Source: the human T2T-CHM13v2.0 reference genome, Homo sapiens
Reading direction: 5' to 3' (one strand)
DNA: 64,000 bases
Assembly (NCBI RefSeq): GCF_009914755.1
Contig: NC_060926.1
Translations under genes and position numbers: made by a program
The notes under the pieces: model-generated
The model's input: only the letters and a program-made list of their open reading frames with translations
Database searches by the model: none
Told to the model about the DNA's origin: nothing
Shown: positions 58,056-64,000 of the stretch, piece by piece
How the letters are laid out: every line of letters begins with the position of its first letter
How positions within the stretch are numbered: the first letter of the stretch is position 1

Positions 58056-58820
58056 TGTGTGTGTATGCTATATGTGCATTTGTATGTGTACCTAAATACT
58101 GTGTGTGTGCATGCTATGTGTTTGTATGTATATGCTATGTGCTTGCATGTGTGTGTATGTTGTGCATGTGCATGTTTTGTATTCTGTATGTGTGTTTATA
58201 CTACATTTGCACTTGTGCTTATGGGGATATGCTATGTTTGTGAATGTGCTTGTATATTATGTGTGTGTTTGCATGTGTGCACGTGTTCTACATGTGTAAT
58301 GTGTGTGCATGTGTATGTATGCTATGTGTGTGTTTGTGTATGCTGTATGTGTGCCTGTGTGTGTCTACATAATATATGTTCATGCACAATGTGAGTGCAT
58401 ATGTGCACGAGATGTGTGTGTATGTTGCAATGTGCTTGTGTGCGCAACATGTGTGTTTGTATGCTGTGTGAATTTATGCTATATGTATGTGTGTGCTATG
58501 TGTGTGCTAGTGTGTGTGCCTACATACTAGATGTGTGTGTATAGTGTGCATGCACTCTATGTGTATGTGTGTCTGCTATATATGTGTGTTATATGTGTGT
58601 GTGTGCTCTGTGTGTGCATATGTGTATGCTGCATGCATGTGTGTGTGCTGTGTATGCACATGTGTGTACTCTATGCATGTATTTGTGTGTGTATGTTGTG
58701 TGTGAGCATGAGTGTATGTATGCTAAATTTGTGTGTGTGCTTGAATGCTATATGTGTGGGCATGTGTGTGTACATGTATACTTTGTGTGCATTTATACTG
58801 TGGGTGTGTGTGCACATGCA
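58056..58820. repeat. Degenerate (TG/TA/CA) alternating purine-pyrimidine tract
   Basis: ~760 bp of tgtgtgtatgc-like sequence. Confidence 0.95.
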
Positions 58821-60589
58821 CTGCCTTCTGTTCAGAGTACAGGACACACAGTCCTCCACAGGGCCACACATACAAGCCAGGGAGCCCAGGTCTGGGGCGT
58901 GTCTGCCTCCCACCCTCCAGATACAAGCCAAGCAGAACCAGCTTCTCCCCCTACATGCTCAGGACACCACAGACTTTGCCAAATTGCAACTCACTGTCTA
59001 TCTCCACAACTTGACCTTTAGCTTCCACAGCAAAGTGCCTACCTAACTTTAAGCTGCTGCCCCAAATAGATTGCACACCTGGTATCAGCGTCTACAGACA
59101 AATGCCTCACTGTTGTCCAATAAATACTGATGACATTGGCAAAGTTATGGCCTTGGCCCAGCATTGCTCATTGAAGTGATAAACCAGCAGCTTTGACATC
59201 TAAACTCATTCCAAAAGCAGTTTAAAAAAACAAATGAAGCAAGATAATTCAATGACACTTCACAACTTAAATTTTAGAGAGACAGTTAGGCTGCGGGCTC
59301 CCTGACTACTATTTCCCAGCTCCTGACTGTACGGATGATGCTTATTTCCTCTGATACCAAATTAGAAAACTCAAGTCTCTGTCTCCTGAAATGGAAGAAC
59401 CATCAGCAGAGCCTCAATGCCACGAAGCCCGTCTGCCCAGGAGTCTCGGCTCAGCCCAGCACATGCTGCCCTCTTCTTCAGATCAGGGCATCAGGCCGTT
59501 CAGTTTAAATAAAAGACTCCAAGACACTGAAGGCAGCTTTGGAGAAACCTGACAAGGGCTAGGTGAGAAGTGAATGGCTGACAAGGAGCAGGGAAGCTGC
59601 ATTTCTCCTCCCCTCTGCGAGAAGCTCAGTAAGTCACACAGAAAGGTCTCCCTTCCGATGCCCATGAGTGATCTGCCATCAGAGTTAATGGGACTTACCC
59701 TGTGCACGGAACACTGAGAGCCGGTGATTGCAATCTGAGCTCTAAATAACCTGTTCCTATTCAACACCCTCTGGAGTCCTCTGCTTTTATGGCCTTTCTG
59801 TGTTCTCTCCCACAGTTCCATTTCCTACTGAGTCAAATCACAAGTTCAGATTTTTGAAAATTTCCAAGTCTTGTCAGAGTGAGACTTGGCTAAGATATAA
59901 ATTTGGTGAAGACATTGTCCATTGGAAGATATCTCTTTTTATTTCGCCTGCATAAAATAATAAGGGTTTTAAAAATGGCTCTAATTTTCTTGACAAATAA
60001 TAGAGTTTGAGGTGGTATCAGTAGAGGGATTAATAAGGACAATAAAGCATATTTTGTAGACCAAAGTAAAGAAATAAAAGAGTTGTGATGAAAGCTGAGA
60101 GATCTGGGCAGGAGTGACTGCACACTGAAGGTAATGAACATATGGAATAAATGAGGAGACAAGGCAAATGTAGCAAAAAATTAATTCAAGCCCCTGACTT
60201 ATTTCAAGGGAGGGAAGGCATGTCGACAGATGGTAAAACATCAGGAACACAGGATTAAGATAAATTTTAAGAGGACAGGTGTGCAGGACAGAATGGCCTT
60301 TTCTGCTCTGAAATGCTCTTCCCTCTTTAATATTTCATTGCTGGTTGGATCCTAAGGCACAGCCCGCATTAGGTGCCCATTGCAATATGCCCTTACAAAA
60401 GGGCTGTACGTCTTGTCTCTGCTACGAGGCTGAACTGTAATCCACCCTGAAAGATGTATGGCTCCTTCCCCCTCTCCAGCAGGGATGCTGAAGAGCCTAA
60501 ATTCAGGAAGGAACGCTCTTTTAAAAGGCGATCCTGCTATTAAGGCAGGCTCTAATTTAAAATTGCCACAAGCTTTCTATGCACAAAAT

Positions 60590-61670
60590 ACCAGAAGTCC
60601 TAAAGACATAAATATGTTTGACTATATACAAGAGTAATATTTTATGTATCGAAACGCTATACCCATGTTAAATGACAAGTGGCAAATGAAAAATATTTGC
60701 TACATGTGACAGATCAATATCCTTAAAATATAAAGAAACCTAACCAAAAATAAAAATAAGAATAAAATAACACTGTCAAAGAAAATGAACAGGCAATTGA
60801 AAATATAAATGAAGAATATGTGAAAACATTCTAATTCATTAGAATTATAGTTCAAATTAAGATAAAATCTATCTACCATTCATACCTATCAAATTGGTAG
60901 AGATGAAAATATTAATAAATGCCAATGAGTATCGTGGAATAAGTGAAAAAATAGAGTTCTCTTATATGTTGGCAAGAATACAAGTTAGAGAAGAATTTCT
61001 GGAAGATAATTTATTTTTATTAAAAGCCAACTAAAATCCATACTTTTTGACCTGGAAAGGTCACACTGAAGATTTGCTTTAACAGCAAAAAGATTTACAT
61101 ACAATGTAGTGTATTGCATAGTCACTTCAAGTGTCCATCAGTGGATGACTGCTTAAAGCCACTCATGTATCCAACAAATATTTGTGGACCGTCTGCCATG
61201 TGTCACTTATTATTCTGTGTTCTTTTAATATAACAGTGGACAAAACCAGCAAAGACCCTATCCTGCTGAAGCTTCTATTTTAGCTGAGGACACAGACAAG
61301 AAATCACTAAATACATCGTAAAATGGCAGATGGCAATGCATGCCGTGAAAGAAAATTTGAAAAGGAAAGAAATGGAGAGTGATCAAGGGCTCTTCCAGCA
61401 GAAATGCTTAAAGCCACGAAACCAATGTCATAGAGAATACTTAATAAATTGTGAAAAAGTCTAGGATGTTCTAAAATATAAAAGGATATTATAAAGCAAT
61501 AAGTACAATACAATACTATTAACACCATGTAGAAGCTAATTCTATGCACTGGAAGAAACGGAGATGTACCGTGAAACATTCTCAGTAGTTTTCTCTGGCC
61601 TGGGAGATTATATGTGATTATTTTTAAAGCTATTTCCTCTATTTTCCAAAATTTCTACTCCATTGTGTAC
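60590..61670 (+). mobile_element. Highly diverged L1ME-like 3' remnant with an embedded L2-like piece (~61160-61350)
   Basis: aaaatatttgctacatgtgacaga...ccatactttttgacc...caagtgtccatcagtggatgactg; L2-like ccctatcctgctgaagcttctattttag. Confidence 0.55.
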
Positions 61671-64000
61671 TTTGACAAAAACAGAAGGGTTCGGGTCTTT
61701 TTTAAAAAAAAAAAATAGCAGTAAGTCTCTCTCCTTGGCAACTTGTTTTATGCATGGAATGATTTGATATGGGCTTAACAGGAGTGTGCGACAAGGGCAG
61801 AGGTGATGAGAAGCCTGGGGGAGGCTGCTGCTACATCCTCATCCATCTGAAGAGTGCTCACAGCACAGGGGTTCAGCTCCTCCCTGCAGTGTCAAGGGCG
61901 AGACCGAGGGATGCAGGTGGCAGACGGTGAGAAACGTTTGAGCCACAGGTGCCCAGCAGTGTGGGGGTGGCAGTCAGTGTAAGTGTGGCCTCCAAGATCA
62001 TGCACAGATTAGAGGATCCATGAGGGTTCTCCACAGTGTTTCACCCTTGTCTTTCTAGCTCTGCCTCAGCTCAAAACAGCCTCATCCCAACAGGGCTCAG
62101 GCTTTGTTTAACAAGAGCAAGCATTCTTCAAAAATAGCCGGACTGCACCAGCACACAGGAGAAACATTTTCAGGCTATGAAAAAATAAAACCATGAAAAT
62201 GTGTTGATGGAGACAAGGCTAGCTTTGAAAGAAATACAATATGCAGGGACCATCTTGTTCCAGGGGGAGATTCTGTACCCAAATGTGCAGCATTCATAAC
62301 GCCTCCACTACTCAGATTGCTTAAATTTACAAAACATATTCCCATTCACGGTTGTATTTATTTTCCAGATTGCACTGTGTTGAGTAGAGGGGCTCTTATC
62401 TGCCCTTGACAGAGAAGGAAAGTGACCCACGGAGAGGCAGCCCCCGCGGGAATCCTGACTTCTGCCTCTGAGCAGCCGCAAGGGGGTCAGCACAGAGCCC
62501 TCACACGTGGCTGTCGGCGCTGGGTTAACAGCCAGGGCAGACAATGAAGACGGTGGCAGGCTGCTCGGATTCCAGAACAGAGAGCTGTTTATCTTGTACT
62601 TTTGTGTCCCAAAGGGTTGGATTTGGCATTTTTAAACCTTCAGATGATAGCCTCTCAGGGCTCAGTCTGAGGTTTATGAGAAAATGGATGTGAAGCAGGG
62701 CAGCCTGTGCCTGGGAGGAACCCATCCGGAAGGGCTCGCCGCTTACCTTGTGTGCCCATCGACCAGGACTGCAAACACTTCCCCTGGTGGGGCCAGCCAG
62801 CCTGCCCACGGCCTCAGTGCCCTGGAAAACCGCCAGCGTCTCACTGTCGCTTAACACTTTGTGGGAAGTCACTCCTACACTGGCTGCAGACACTTTGGAA
62901 GAAAAGAAAGGATCGATAGACTTGCAAAGCCAGGAGGGGAAATACAATAAGCATTTGGTGTTACTGGCAAGGAAAGGTTCATTTTGAGGGTATGCATAAT
63001 ACCCTGAGCAGCAGAGTTCAGCTGCTGTGCCCAGCTCTTCCCCACATTGCTGGGAGCTTTCTCCCAGATTGCAACAGCCTCCGACCCCTCCCCGAATTCT
63101 TGATTCTGTCTGTTCTGTTTGTGTTTGCCGTTCAGACTCAGGCCTTAGCTTTTTACTGTTTTGTTTTGTCTCTGCATAAACTACTGGAGGAGCTCATTCA
63201 CTACTGGATGTCTATGGAAAGTCCAGTGAGATGGTACTTGGACCTTTGAATGCAGGCCTGACTTCCCTGCCACCTGGGCTCTGTGCGTGGAACACCTTCA
63301 CCTGGATTCCTTCAAATTCAGCACACCTGAGCCAGGTGTAGTCTTTTTTTTTTTTTCTTCCCAGCCCTCTTTCCTTCCCAGTTGCTGCAGCACTCCATGT
63401 GGCAGCACATCACCCAGACTCCACCTCAACTGTGTTTCCCTCGAGCAATCGCTGCACCCGCGGAGCTGTCTTTTGGTCCTCATAGCAACCCCACCGACGA
63501 GGAAGGAAGTGTGGCTCAGAGAGGCAGACACTGGACCCAGGCATCAGAGCGCCTCAGAGGCAAGGTCTGCATTTGGTGCAGCTTCCAACGCTCCCCACGG
63601 CTCCACTGCTGCTTCTTGTACATGCTTGGCTGCCATGCCCCAGGAAACCCCACCAGCATCTCTGTTGAGAGGTACCCACATGTTCTTCTGCGTGTTCACT
63701 TCACAAAGGATCACGCAGCCTCCTCACCCCAGGCTGTGCACATCAGCCCCACCTCCCTTGGGTGGCATGTTCCACCCAGTGCTGTTCAGAACCAAGGACC
63801 TCTCTGGTGTTTTCTGCCTGAGGAGCCCCCGCCTGCACCCAGCAGGGAAGACCCACAGCAAGGTAAAGCTGTGAGTGCAGTTTGAGGACAGACAGACCTG
63901 ACTTCAGGCCAGACACACCCACAGCTAGCTAACGGTTCCCATTTGCTGACCTGCTGTGCCTCACCTCAGAGGAAAATAACAATTGCCCCTGCCCTAGAGG

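Noticed and set aside
58055-59046. Cys/Val-rich ORFs resembling metallothionein or keratin-associated proteins
   Set aside because: Artefact of (TG)n low-complexity sequence

Overview
This is primate, very probably human, non-coding genomic DNA: it carries AluJ/AluS/AluY, L1PA/L1M, MaLR and ERV LTRs, and Tigger/hAT MITEs. I found no supportable protein-coding gene, RNA gene or CRISPR array; the ORF track is explained by decayed L1 ORF2, Alus, tandem repeats and chance GC-rich ORFs. The first ~41 kb is repeat-dense and relatively AT-rich. The region from ~42 to 59 kb is GC-richer and packed with minisatellites, which resembles distal or subtelomeric chromosome arms. The most notable structures are four: (1) an orphan CpG-rich promoter-like element at ~19.7-20.0 kb with 4-5 tandem ZNF143(SBS)/ACTACA motifs, a YY1-like site and GC boxes; (2) ~400 bp downstream, a near-perfect ~108-bp inverted duplication of a MER45A half plus Alu tail, with a 21-bp flanking duplication and locally templated junction filler, a template-switch repair scar; (3) a minisatellite born from a Tigger3a terminal inverted repeat; (4) a graded series of tandem repeats from 2-copy duplications to a 12-copy near-perfect VNTR. 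Repeat subfamily names come from remembered consensus sequences, not from a search, and boundaries are approximate. I could not identify the locus.
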